In this document: piece after piece, positions 26,898 to 40,198 of the stretch
How the letters are laid out: every line of letters begins with the position of its first letter
Numbering within the stretch: position 1 is the stretch's first letter
Assembly (NCBI GenBank): GCA_964016885.1
Contig: OZ024741.1
Coordinates: forward strand, 402,132,001 to 402,196,000
Direction: 5' to 3'
Length of the DNA: 64,000 bases
From: Eledone cirrhosa
Taxonomy: Eukaryota
Translations under genes and position numbers: made by a program
Notes under the pieces: model-generated
The model's input: only the letters and a program-made list of their open reading frames with translations
Told to the model about the DNA's origin: nothing
Databases searched by the model: none

Positions 26898-27514
26898 AAT
26901 GCTAACAACCCTTGTTTGAACTCCCACAATGTAACTTTAGTTGGCTTCTTATGAGGAATTTTCTCAGATATTTTATTGATAAGAGGCCCTGTCTCATCTT
27001 GGGGCCTTAGTCAGTCCAACCCTTAATAGTCAAGAACATATCCCGTAAAAAAAAATCAACATGAAATAAAAAATATTTTATAGACTATCTAAGTCATTTG
27101 GAAATATTGATTTTTTGGGTAATTTTTCACTGAGAATGTCTTAGTGTACTAAACTGACCAGAATGTACTGGCATGTTTCTTTTAATATACTTCTACAAGA
27201 TGAAAGACAACGTTTATATCTATTTAAATCATCTGGACTGTGAACTTTATCTTTCATCTTTGGTAAGATTATATTTCAATTGGTTCAATCCTGAAAAATC
27301 TTCTGATTTCTATTTTTGTTTCTCCAGGCTGTATTTAAACAATATTATATTTTAAGCTGTGATTTAACCCTTTTGAGACAATACTACCTGAAACCATCTC
27401 AGTTTCTATGATACAAAACTGTTTATTTTAATGTGTTTATATTTATTAAAAAACTTTCTATTATAATTCTATGTAACCACCTTTGTTAAGTTATGTTCCA
27501 AACACCAAGTTAAT

Positions 27515-27712
27515 AATTGTTTCTACATTTGGCACAAGGCCAGCAATTTAAAGGGAGGGGAAAGTCGATTAAATCGACCCCAGTGCGTTACTGGTACTTT
27601 ATTTTATCGACCCTGTAAGGATGAAAAGCAAAACTAACTTTGATAGGATTTGAACTCAGAGAAAATATTAGAACACATGGTGTCCAACACTCTAACAAGT
27701 CTGTCTATCCAC
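27515..27712 (-). mobile_element. SINE family D variant
   Basis: TGGTACTTTATTTTATCGACCC..GGATGAAA..GATTTGAACTCAG. Confidence 0.75.
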
Positions 27713-27902
27713 CACACAAACATCAAGTTGATAAAGAAAAGGTTTGTTATATTACCAAACCACTTGAAATACTCGATTATTTTCAAAATTATTTGAAAAT
27801 CTCAGACAATGTTTTTCATTAGAAATATGTTGAAATTCTTAATCACCTTTCCAGGTAAATTTAATCCTGATAGAATTTTAAGAAAGAAAGTTGAGGCTAA
27901 AT

Positions 27903-28370
27903 ATTCTTCTTCTTCTTTGCCCACCTATTCCTGAGACTGTTATGGGGACAGAGTCCTCAAGCACTCCTTCCCTCTGGTCCTGCAAGAAGCAACCATCTCC
28001 AACTGATCTGACTGGATCCCCAAGCGAGACCAGCCAAGCTGATGGATGTTATCCAACCATCCTGCTTGGGGTCTACCCCTGGGTCTCCTACCAGTTGGTT
28101 TTGCCCATAAAATCTGTCTAGCGATTCTTTCCTGAGATATTCTAACCACAACTGTAATATCGGAGCTGTGATCTCCCAAAGAAGTAGTGGCACTATCTGG
28201 AAGTGACTCCAGTGATTCTTTCCTAAGACATTCTAACCACATGCCCATAATATCGGTGCTGTCATCTCTCAATGGAGAGAAGTATTGGCTCTACCTGGAA
28301 TGACTTATTGATCTCCAAGCTACAAATCTGTCCAGTGATTCTTTCCTGGGACATTCTAATCACATGCTCA
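27903..28370 (-). mobile_element. RTE family A 3' fragment
   Basis: Translates SQERIARQILWAKPTGRRPRGRPQAGWLDNIH; (AAG)n tail. Confidence 0.8.
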
Positions 28371-28719
28371 CACACTAATATTTCAGAATGTTTAATCGAT
28401 CATCAATACCATTCACTCCCCACAATCCTGAGACTAAAATAAGCTATAACTTATATACTTTGTCAATCAACTATTTCGTATCAAACTTTTTGCACTAAGA
28501 AATAATAAATTATTGATTTCTCTCTCCAGCTCAAGGCCATATATTTTACAATAGGATCACAGTTGACTTCTTTCAATTCAGTGTTTCATTACAATAACAT
28601 GAACTCCTTGCTGTGCGTGTGTGTGTGTTGTTGTTGTTGTTGTTGTTGTTTTACCCATTCCTTCTGTTTTATTTCCATTTCTTTCTGAGTGTTTTCCCAA
28701 CACCTAGATTATTATTATT

Positions 28720-28816
28720 AACCTCGGCGGGATTTGAACTCAGATCATAAAAGGCCGTAACTCTATGCTGCAAAGCATGGCGTCCGATCCTCTACCGATA
28801 CTGCTAATCCACCGTC

Positions 28817-28849
<33 letters not shown>

Positions 28850-29010
28850 ATAATAATAATAATAATAATTGTTTCTACTTTTGGCACAAGGCCAGCAATT
28901 ACCCAGTGCATTACTGGTACTTTATTTTACCTTATGGGGTCGATAAAATAAAGTAACAGTAATGTACTGGGTAATTGCTGGCCTTGTGCCAAAAGTAGAA
29001 ACAATTATTA
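28720..29010. mobile_element. SINE D fragments, including two inverted 3' halves forming a palindrome (28866-29008)
   Basis: TAATTGTTTCTACTTTTGGCACAAGGCCAGC...GCTGGCCTTGTGCCAAAAGTAGAAACAATTA. Confidence 0.8.
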
Positions 29011-29156
29011 TTAAGATTTTCCATTTTTTTGTTACATCTTTTGTTTTTGTTTTTGTTTTTTTTCCACGCAGAAACCCATATTTGTACCATCCTGTGCTGT
29101 CCTTGATGTATTTTTTTGTAAACCCTTTGTGGTTAATAAAGAAATCATTATTATTA

Positions 29157-29686
29157 TCTAAACTATAATAAAGGAAGGTCTGCGGGATTGCGTATGGTTT
29201 ATTTTTTTAATCCCGTTTGTAAAATAAGTTGGATTACTTTGAATAAATAATGAATGAATATTACATAATTTATCTACTCAATTTCATAAACAAAAATAAT
29301 TTCGTAAAAATAAGCAATTTAAAATTGAATTCTTTTCAAAGTTGCACTTCCGGTATATCGTCGCCACCACCACCACTTCAACTACCATATATATAGAAAG
29401 AGAGAGTGTGTGATGTCAACACTTCCGGTGGCAATTGCTTAAATAAACATACTAATTTTCTCCTAATGCAGTTTATATATAATATCGTCTTTTTTAAAGT
29501 ATCATGGATTACGTTACTGATTACATAAGACAGTGTAACACAGTCTTCGTTCAAATTCTGTGTATATTGTCAATTACGATGTTATTTCATGTATCATATC
29601 TACATGTATATATACTTGCGTATAATATCAATATACACACTACACATGCTAGCAGAAAACCACCAGAAGGGTGGTTTTTCTGCTAG
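29157..29686 (+). mobile_element. Non-autonomous Helitron, family C, complete
   Basis: A|TCTAAACTATAATAAAG ... CTAGCAGAAAACCACC-AGAAG-GGTGGTTTTTCTGCTAG|T. Confidence 0.82.
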
Positions 29687-29804
29687 TTATTATAAGTTAT
29701 TATCATACTAGTTATTATAATAAGTTATTATAATACTAGTTATTATAATAACAATTATTATTAGTCACCTTGACCACCAGTCAAGGTGGTCAAGGTGACT
29801 AATA

Positions 29805-30765
29805 ATAATTGTTTCTACTTTTGGCACAAGGCCAGCAATTATCCCAGTGTATTACTGGTACTTTATTTTATCGACCCCATAAGGGTGAAAGGCAAAGTTA
29901 ACCTCGGCAAGATTTCAACTCAGAATGGAAAGGACCGTAAACTCTATGCTGGAAAGCATGGCGTCTGACGCTCTACCGATACTGCCAATAATAATAATAA
30001 CAATAATAATGAATTCTAGTATAGGCACAAGGCCAATAATTTGGGGAGAGGGGAAAGTTGATTAAATTGGCCCCAATACGTTACTGGTACTTTATTTTAT
30101 CGACCCCGTAAGGATGAAAGGCAAAGCTAACATCTGTGGTATTTGAACTCAGAACGTAAAGGGACGAAAATCTATGTTACAAAGTATGTTGTCCAACGCT
30201 CTACCGATTCTGCCAATGATAATAACATCAAATAAAACTTTGAGAATAATTCTAATTCTCAAGTTAGTTGATTGTTGAATGGCAAGAGATATTTTACCAT
30301 TTATCTGTTTAATATGCCAGAGTATTTTAATTTTCATATCAATGGTGAAGGTAGTAGATTGACAGTAGAACATAGGACAAAATACTTCTCAGTATTTAGT
30401 TAGGAATGTCTAACTCTGTTGAGGTCTATATTACCTTTTATTCTTCCAGGGTTGATAAAATAAATACCAACTATGTATTAGGGTAGGGTATAATCGACTT
30501 TCCTTTCTTTCAAAATGGCCTTGTGTCTATGTTAGAAACAATTACCATAATAAATGGAGTTGTTTATTTATTTAAACTTGGAATCAGTTTTATATTAACT
30601 GGATATGTTGCTCTGACAACTGTGTTTAAAGTGGGTATAGAGATAATTGAAATATAATAATATAATTGTTTCTACTTTTTGGGACAAGGCCAGCAATTAC
30701 CCCAGTACATTACTGCTACTTTATTTTATCGACTCCGTAAGGATGAAAGGCAAAGTTAACCTCGG
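29805..30765. mobile_element. Cluster of SINE D copies (29805-29990 -, 30015-30215 -, 30375-30545 +, 30662-30765 -)
   Basis: Shared core and tail as at 11405-12000. Confidence 0.8.
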
Positions 30766-31819
30766 TATGCACTTAATTCAGTGCACATTTTGTCTTTATA
30801 TTTATACCAATATTTCATAACCAACTGGCAGGAGGCCCAGCAGTAGACTCTGAGCAAGATGGTTGAATAAAATGCTCTAGTAACATATATTGATATAACA
30901 CTCCTACAACTCCCTCATTGAGGATATACAACTGCCTGTGTGTTTCAATTAGTTATGAAAATAATACAAAATTTGGTGGAATTCAATAAAATAACAAAAT
31001 TTTTTCATTTAGAAAATTACTGAACAAAATTATGGGGCATGTGGTTAGAATGTCTGAGGAAAGAATCGCTGGATTGAGAGATCACAGCTCTGATACTACA
31101 GACATGTGGTTAGAATGTCTGAGGAAAGAATCGCTGGACAGATTTGTAGCTCAGAGAATCACTCCAGGTAGAGCCGCTACTTCTCTGAATTGAGAGATCA
31201 CAGCTCCGATACTATAGACATGCGGTTAGAATGTCTCAGGAAATACGGCACTCCAACCGGCAGGAGACCCAGGGGTAAACCCCTTGAATAGATGAAAAGT
31301 AAAGTTGACCTCAACGGGATTTGAACTCAGAGAGCAGAGAGCTGAAACAAATACTGCAAAGCATTTTTTCCATGCTTTCATGGGTTGGACAGGCTGATAA
31401 GGACCTATCCAACCCATGCAAGCATGGAAAAATGGATGTAAAAACAATGATGATGATGATTCTATCTGACTCTGCCAATCCAATGCCATTTGTAATAAAT
31501 GTAACAAGACATAATCCAATTATATGACACTCCTGAAAATTAACATTATATTGTAACTCTTTAGTCATGGAAGGAAGTAAGAGTCATATACATGAACTTT
31601 GTCAGCAGCTCGGTGGAAGGGAAGTTGGTCTTATCAAATGAGAGACTTTGTCTAAATACTTGCAACAGTGTACTCTACTAGAGATACTCAAGGGCCAAGT
31701 TGTTAAATCAGGTGATGGATCAAGTCTACCACCCAGGTAGGTCGCAGTGAGATTTGAACTCAGAATGTAAAGACTTGAAAGAAATATCACACACACAGTC
31801 TATTGTCTCATCCTCCTCC

Positions 31820-32545
31820 TCCTTCTTCTTCATCCACTTATTCCTGACAGAGTCATGAGGGGCAGAGTCCTTAAACACACCTTCCAGTGGGTCTTATCAG
31901 AAGCAACTATCTCCAACTGATCTAGCTGGATCTCCAAATGAGACCAGCAAAGCCCATAGATGTTTTCCAGCTATCTTGCTCGGGGTCTGCTCCTGGGTCT
32001 CCTGCTAGTTGGTTTTGCCCATAAAATCTGTCCAGCAATTATTTCCTGAGACATTCTAACCACATGTCCATAGTATCAGAGCTGTGATCTCTCAATTCAG
32101 AGATTCTTTCCTGAGACATTCTAACCACATGTCTGTAGTATCAGAGCTGTGATCTCTCAATCCAGTGATTCTTGCATGAGACATTCTAACCACATGTCCA
32201 TAGTATCAGAGCTGTGATCTCTCAATTCAGAGATTCTTTCCTGAGACATTCTAACCACATGTCCATAGTATCAGAGCTGTGATCTCTCAATTCAGAGATT
32301 CTTTCCTGAGACATTCTAACCACATGTCCATAGTATCAGAGCTCTGATCTCTCAATTCAGAGATTCTTTCCTGAGACATTCTAACCACATGTCCATAGTA
32401 TCAGAGCTCTGATCTCTCAATTCAGAGAAGTAGCAGCTCTACCTGGAGAGACTCTCTGGTCTCTGAGCTATGCTCTCTCTTGAGTAACATTACTCTATAA
32501 ACCATTCGGAGGTTCCCCATTTCAGCCACTTGCATTCACGATCGT
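31820..32545 (-). mobile_element. RTE family A 3' fragment with an internal 65-bp tandem array (~6 copies, 32036-32428)
   Basis: Unit AGATTCTTTCCTGAGACATTCTAACCACATGTCCATAGTATCAGAGCTGTGATCTCTCAATTCAG at 32231, 32296 and 32361. Confidence 0.82.
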
Positions 32546-32776
32546 TTCAGAGATTAATTTAATTAAATACAAAACATGTATTTAATTTTGCATAGTCACA
32601 CTCAGAAATTGTTTTCAGGGTTTGTTGTAGTCATGGCTGTGTTGTTAAGAAGTTTGCTTCACACCCACGTGGACTTGAGTTCTATCTCACTCTGTGGTTC
32701 CTTCCCCAAGTGTTTTTACTAAAGTCTTGGCCTTGTGTTTGATATTGGTAGCTGGAAACTGATAGAAGACGTTTAA

Positions 32777-34028
32777 CCTTTAACATTTTTTAACATTTAA
32801 ACCAGCTGTATTTGACCAGAATTCTCTCACCACTTTCTGCTCAAACTGGCTGTAAGCAGCCACTCATACTAATGTTAAGGAATTGTTCTCAAAATAAATA
32901 ATATCAATATCTCATAGATTCGATATTATGGGAGGTCATAAATGAACTAAGGGAGAAATTAGGAATAAGAGGGATCAGATGTTGTTTACTCGAGAGAAGA
33001 CTATGTTGGTATGGTCACATGATGCACATGAAAGACGACAGCTGTATAAAAAAGTGCAGGCCGATAAAAATAGACGGTAGTCACGGAGTAGGCAGACCCA
33101 GAAAAACCTGGGACGACTTGATAAATCCGACCTCACTCACTTACACCTCTCCAAGACAATGTCACTGGATCGAGATCTTTGGCGCTACACAGTAGTACAG
33201 AAGACCCGCCTCGCCTAAGTACAAAGCGAAACCTACTACAGTCAGTAGGCACCTCTTAACAAAAATACACCCCCGTCCCTCTACCCCCATCCCATCCACA
33301 CCACCCCTTTCAATGTAAAGTTATGTTGGTACCACAACATCCAGTCCAAATAAATGAGATCGTGTAGGTGTCACCACAAAAACACACAGTCCACGCTGTA
33401 ATGTGGCCGTGTAGGTAGCACAGTAAAAACCTCCCAGTCCACACTGTAAACGTGGTTGGTGTTAGGAAGGGCATCCAACTGTAGAAAACCCGCCAGACAG
33501 TCCTGAGCAAGACAACCAATCTTGCCTCAAGTGGAAAAATTCCCGTCCAAACCCATGCAAGCGTGGAATATGGACGTTAAACGATGATGATGATGATGAT
33601 GATGAAAGCCTTTACTGTGAAAATACAATATTAAGTCGATTGACAAGATCCCAAACCTCATTCGCTTAACAACTGGGGTCGAGCTTGTCAAATCGGACCG
33701 AGGAAACAATGTTTCGATTGATCTTTCCAATTACTAATACTATGTCGGTCGCAAATCTAGGCAGTACAATAGTTTATCTAGAGCTCCCCTCACCATCCTT
33801 CAGGGAAGGCGCCTAATATAGTACAGTTTATAGAGAGCTCCCCTCACCATCCTCCTGGGGAAGAGTGAAGAGGATGAGTGAGAGGCACCGTTAACTCCTT
33901 TCTGACTACATGATGGCTTGCATAACTTTGATCATATATTTGCTGTATATTATATTTATAAGGTTCCTAGCAATAATTAATTGATTATATGTATGTATTT
34001 CTATTTAAGTAATGTAAATGCTAAAGGG
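32777..34028 (-). mobile_element. TTAA-flanked piggyBac-type MITE, family F, interrupted by two insertions
   Basis: TTAA|CCTTTAACATT ... AATGCTAAAGGG|TTAA; pieces match the reverse complement of 44326-44530. Confidence 0.75.
32936..33604 (+). mobile_element. RTE LINE 3' fragment inserted in MITE F
   Basis: INELREKLGIRGIRCCLLERRL.WYGH.., 3'UTR and (TGA)n tail. Confidence 0.88.
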
Positions 34029-34477
34029 TTAAAGACCTTTCAGAGGAACCCCAGTTTGGCTGCTCGTATTTGTGATTGTATTCTTTGGGTCATTACACAG
34101 GTTTCATGACCATATGTAAAAAAAAAACCTCAAAAAAAAAACAAAAAAAAACAAAGGAAATGGGGGTAGGTTTCAGTAAAATCCCTCTTTTATTTATTTA
34201 TTTATCATCTGGGACTCGTTTGTGATTTCATTTTGGAATTCCTGGAACACAAACATTCTCGGATATGTCTGAAACATGAAATTTTTTACATAGGAGAGGA
34301 AGAAGAAAGTTGTGACATTTAACCCTTTAACATTTACATTACTCTATATTTACTATTGTATTTTCACAGTAAAGGCTTTACCTCACATAATATCTCACAT
34401 AACATTTACATTACTCTATATATACTATTGTATTTTCACAGTAAAGGCTTTACCTCACATAATATCTCACATAACAT

Positions 34478-37400
34478 CTCGTATACGAGAGACGTGTGTT
34501 GACGTGTGTGAACAAGCTCGGCTACCGAGTTGGATTTACTTACTCAAAAGTGAGTTTTGATTTATTGTTTTTGTACTGTAATATATGTTAACCCCTTGCC
34601 TGGGTCGTCAGACTTTGAGTTTATTTATTTTCGCCCCTTTTTGGGGCGAATTTTACATTTAAAAATTGATTACAGCAAACTGATAGAAATGGACGGAATT
34701 TTCACATCTCATCCTAACGAGAAAGCCACGCCCTCTAAGAAAGGTGATACAGAGAAGCTAGCAGCACAATGCTCTAAGTCTTCCCTCCTCACGTCTGCAA
34801 AAGAAACATGGAACACGGAATTAAAAGAAAAATTTGTAAAAATGGGTGAAAACCTAGAAAGTCACATAAACGCAGACAAAAACAACAATGACAATAACAG
34901 CACGACCAACAACAGCAACAGTCACAACACCAACCAAGGAAAAAATAACGATAACACCAAACAAAGCGAACCCACTACTAGTGCTTCCTTTGCACAGGCG
35001 GTCCGAAAAACACAGACCTGCAAGCAACTGGACATTACGACTCTGAGAGAAAAGATGAAGGAAGCAAAACAGTATGTAACTTTCAAAGAAGGAGGAGACT
35101 TCACAATCACCTCCCCACAAGAAATCAAAAGAGACACGACACTAAGAACGATATCTTTCAGAACAATTTCCAACATAACAAGGAAACCAGCTCAATTATC
35201 CCAAAAAGAAAATGAGCTGGTCCTAAAAAATGTGTGGAGTGATATATCGTTCATACAAAAAGGGCCACTCTATGGGAATATAACGGTGCTAATGAAGGAT
35301 CAATTGACGGCCAGGAAATACTCTGTGTCGCCAATTGTTTCCAAGCTACACACATTTTCCCCCCACATATTTGGGGAAAAGAACTCAAAAAATAAGAGTC
35401 TCCGGAATCCGGCCAAATGCATGCATTTCCTGGGTACTAAGAGGATTTTTAGAAGACGAGGACGGAATCCTCTCAGTAGGAGAAGTCACCACAGACATTT
35501 TCGGCGGTTTGAGCGTGGAGGTTCTGGTCCAAATGAGACCAGAACGAATAGCTAGAATACCACAGAGGGTGTCCCTCGATGGAGAAACATTTATATACAT
35601 TTCAGCCGAGGGTAGGAGGCCCATATGTTACTACTGTTCAAGCAGGGGTCATCTAAGGGCTGATTGTCTTCAATTGACAAAATAAAAGGCTCTTTTGCCT
35701 ACACCCCACACACCACCACCGCCATCACCACCCCAAAATCCACCCCACCCCAAAACATAACACATACAACAAAACGCAAGCACACACAAGAACAACAAAC
35801 AAACACAACACAAATAAAACAGTATACATACATTAACACAAATAACAAAGAACTAGTAAAAACAATACACAAAGACCCTTCGGTGGAAACTGAAGGGCAA
35901 TTCTTTGCAAGCGCGGCCAACAAACTTTAAAAATGATAAGACTCCCAATGGACACCTATGCAAAACTAAGAGAGAACTTTCCTGAGGACGTGGGGAAAAC
36001 ATGTACTCGACCCTATAACCGCGTCCTCTTGAAACGTTTCCCCACCCACACCTCACCAAACACCCCCACCCACCACAGAACAACACCCCACCAAACAACC
36101 CCTCCAATACGCCCATGGATATTGTGCAACCTGCTCCTCAGGAGCCGAACAGGTAGGTCCTTCCTCTTTTAACCAACATGGCTGATATAAGAGTTGGGTG
36201 TCTGAATGTACGCGGCCTGGGACTGTCTTGGAAACAAGGCAAACTTTTAAACGATCTCAGGTCGCATAGAACGGATGTAATGGTTATTTGCGAGTCCAGG
36301 ATCAGCAGCGAGCGCCAACTGGCGCCCCTCTTCGACGACTTTGAGATCTTCGCATCTCTCTGTCAACCGGGGGTGGGGGTGGAGTTGTCGTTCTGCTGCG
36401 AAAACACCTGGGCCTCGCCATACAGAAGGTGCACCTGGACCCGGAGGGTCGACTGGTGGTTTTAGACATCGGCAGTAGTGAAAGTGGAGCCCTTAGACTA
36501 ATTGCTGTGTACGCCCCTTTTTGGGCAGCGCGGCCGGACTACTTCCAACGTCTGGAAACTTTTCTGGGAACGTCCCGCTCCTTGCTTTTAGTGGGGGACT
36601 GGAATGGTATCCTGGATGCACGTTGGGACTATGTAGGGGCATGTGCCAATAGAGGGGGGTGTAAAAGCCTCAAAAGGTTAATCGGCCGATTTGACCTGGC
36701 CGATAGATATCGACTAGATTTTCCGACTGTACCACTATGGACGTGGACCAATCGCAGCGGAACATCTAGGACGTACCTAGATAGGGTCCTAGTTAGAGAT
36801 AAGGATAGGGACACATTTAGCTGTCCAAAAATGTTCATGGTTGACTATTCGGATCACAAGTTAGTGACCTGCATAGCCAACCTTGATAGAACCCATAGAC
36901 AGGGACCCGGTTACTGGAAGCTGAACTTGTCCTTACCGACAAGCAAAGCTTACAGTAAACGGATTAGCACGTTAGTTAAGCAGTGTTTGACAGGGGCAAT
37001 TGTCAACAACAGGTGGTGGAGCTCTCTTAAGAGAGCAATTAGAATATAATCGATAGGTTTCAGTCAGGAATTAGCAAGGGATAGGAACAAGACGGAAAGG
37101 GAATTAGTAGATAGAGTAGAAGAGGCGATTAGGAGTGGCAATGTAGCCAGCGTGCTGGCATCAAGAATGGCCTTAGACCAGTTCTTTGAGGTGAAGCACG
37201 AAGGCTGCGTTGTCAGGAGTAAAATACGTGGAGTAAAAATGAGGGAGCCAAAGCTGTTAGCTGGGCCCGAGTGACAGAGGCAAAAAGTGGGAACAAGTCC
37301 ACGATTCGGTCTTTGAAGGACAAGGATGAGCGTGTGATCCTTGAACCTGGGCAGATGTGTGCGGCCTTTCAGCAGCACTTTGCACAACTGTTCGGGAGAG

Positions 37401-39822
37401 GGGGCGCGCCGGGTGAGACTATGGATTTCAATCCATACCTCGACGGTCTGCCGCGCCTCTCGGACGCGGAGGCGAAGTCCTGCGAAAGGCCGATTTCAGC
37501 TGCTGAGATAGGGGCGGCGCTGAGCCAATGCGGCAAACGCAAATCCCCGGGTCTCGATGGTCTACCATACGAGCTATATGTAGCGATGCCGGACTTGTTC
37601 TACGATATCCTCGAAGCGGTCTACTGCAACTGGCAGCAGAACGGGAGAATTCCCAGTTCTGTGGCCAAGGGCGTAGTTACGCTGGTGAGGAAGGATGAGA
37701 ACAAGGGGGATGACATAAGTAACTTCAGGCCCATAACACTGCTAAATACAGAGTTAAAGATTTTGGCCAAGGTGTTAGCGAAGAGGTTGGCGCTTGTCGT
37801 TGGAAACCTGGTGGGAGAAGCGCAGACATGCGCAATCCCATTCAGGTCCATTCACGACAATCTCCACCTTATGCGATACATCATAGAGAGGGTAGGGAAT
37901 GAACCCGGCTTTGGTGGGGCCCTGATCAACTTGGATCAATCTAAAGCTTTCGATAGGGTTGACCATCGTTACCTGGATGCGGTGCTCGCGGCGGCAGGCT
38001 TCGGACCCGTTTTCAGGGGTTGGATTGCTGCGATGCACAGCAGCAACGTCTGCTCAAGGGTCAAGGTGAATGGCCACCCCTCGGAGCAGTTCCAAATCAT
38101 GCGATCCATCCGACAGGGATGCCCTCTCTCCTCCCTTCTGTATGTGCTGGCTCTTGAGCCACTACTGCGGAAGTTGGAGCGGTTGTAGGGCATCCCTTTG
38201 GTACCGGGATTGCAGAAAGCGGCGTCGGCCTACGCCGATGACGTGACAGTAATGGTGTCGAGAACCTCGCAAATCGGTGAGATCGGCACCTTACTGGAGG
38301 AATATGAAAGGTTTACAGGAGCCAAGCTGAACCGGGACAAGTCCGTTGGTTTGCAACTCGGAACATGGAGAGGCAAACCGATGCCCTCCAACGACATCGT
38401 CGGACGCTGGACGGAGGCCCGGTGAAGCTGCTTGGGGTCTGGTTCGGACCAGACCTCCAGGTGGAGAAAAACTGGAACGAGGTAACGGCCAGGGTGTTTG
38501 CACTCACCCAGAAGTGGGCCCAGTGCAAACTATCCCTGAAAGGTCGAGCGGAGGTGGCGAACGCTTATATAGCATCCGTCATCTACTACCGCTTGACCGT
38601 CGTGCCTTGCCCAGTGAAAAGATTCGCCAAAATGGAGTGCGCGCTGTTCCAATTTCTTTGGAACAAGCGGACCCCTTTGGTGAGGAGATCCATCTGCTGT
38701 CAACACCCTTCGAAAGAAGGGCTGGGGATGCCGTGGCTACAGATGCGTAAACAGGTATTCCTCACCGGTCAACCGGTGTGGGCCCCGTTTGTGAGGCGAG
38801 CCTTTCCCAGACTCGTCTCGCTCACCGAGCTGCAATCCTGGGTCAAGCAAAGACCGAGAAAAGTGGGCGACTGGCACATTGAATGTGCCTAGGCGCTCAC
38901 GGCCTTCTGGAAAGCGGACCCGGCAATCAGTGGAGACTCCACCTCGACATTCTATAGAGGGTTGGTACGCAGCAGGTGCGACGATGCTCTCGGAGAAGCT
39001 CTAGGCATGGAAGATGAACTGGCCAGTCTGTTCGGTAGGACGTTTGGCCCTGGACCGATGGACAACTTCCAAAAGTCCCTGGCTTGGCAGTGCTACCGAG
39101 GGGCTCTACCCGTTCGAGACAAGCTCCACAGGCATGGGAGCCTGGGTAGGGATCCTTTGAATAAGATCTGTCCGAGATGCGTGCATGACGACGAAACCGT
39201 TGCGCACGCATTCGTACACTGCCCAGGCATTGCTGACCTGTGGGGCTATGTGGAATGACTACTGTCGAGAGTGGGACCAATCCGGTTGACCACCGAGTCC
39301 ATTGTCACGATCAAACCGCCTCCCCCTTTCAAAAACGAAGGAGAGGCGGTTTTTCTCTGTGTGATAGCCATGGCTAAAGACGTTGTATGGTGGACGAGGC
39401 TGAAAGGGCTGAGGTCAGACACCTTTCTCTCCGGCCAACAACTGGTCCCCTTTTTCAAATACCATTTTAAAAGAAGGATCAGAATGGAGAGAGAGGTGCT
39501 CTACCCCAGCAAGTTTTATGAAAGGTGGGTGAAAGTAGGGAGAATGGCCAGAGTGAATGGGTCTTCTCTCTATATCAGCCTGTAGGTGAAAGAAGAGGAA
39601 AAAGAGGAGACGAGGGAAGCACCTACTCTTTGTGCTCCAGAGGAGAAGGGTTGCACATTTTTTCCGGGGTGTGTGCGACCCATGTTAATGCCCTCTCCCT
39701 ATTGAGGACTCCGTTTGTTGTTGTTATTTCATTGTTATATTTTTGTACTCGTTAATTATATATGTAAACTTCCCCCCTTGTATCTGTCCCTACCTTTTGT
39801 GCCCTGGTGGCAAATAAAGAAA
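34478..39822 (+). mobile_element. Near full-length L1/Tx1-clade LINE, inactivated
   Basis: ORF1 from 34689 with CCHC knuckle CYYCSSRGHLRADC; ORF2 from 36178; 3'UTR ends AATAAAGAAA. Confidence 0.92.
36178..39585 (+). pseudogene. Tx1-type ORF2 (APE endonuclease, RT, C-terminal Zn motif)
   Basis: GCLNVRGL, GDWN, YLDR, SDHK, GPGYWKLN; KSPGLDGLP, FRPITLLNTELKIL, LDQSKAFDRVDH, RQGCPLS, AYADDV; CPRC..ETVAHAFVHC; several stops and frameshifts. Confidence 0.92.
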
Positions 39823-40198
39823 TTACTCTATATATACTATTGTATTTTCACAGTAAAGGCTTTACCTCACATAATATCTCACATAACATTTACATTACTC
39901 TCTATATACTATTGTATTTTCACAGTAAGGTCTTTACCTCACATAATATCTCACATAACATTTACATTACTCTATAGATACTATTGTATTTTCACAGTAA
40001 AGTCTTTACCTCACATAATATCTCACATAACATTTACATTACTCTATATATACTATTGTATTTTCACAGTAAAGTCTTTACCTCACATAATATCTCACAT
40101 AACATTTACATTACTCTCTATATACTATTGTATTTTCACAGTAAGGTCTTTACCTCACATAATATCTCACATAACATTTACATTACTCTATAGATACT

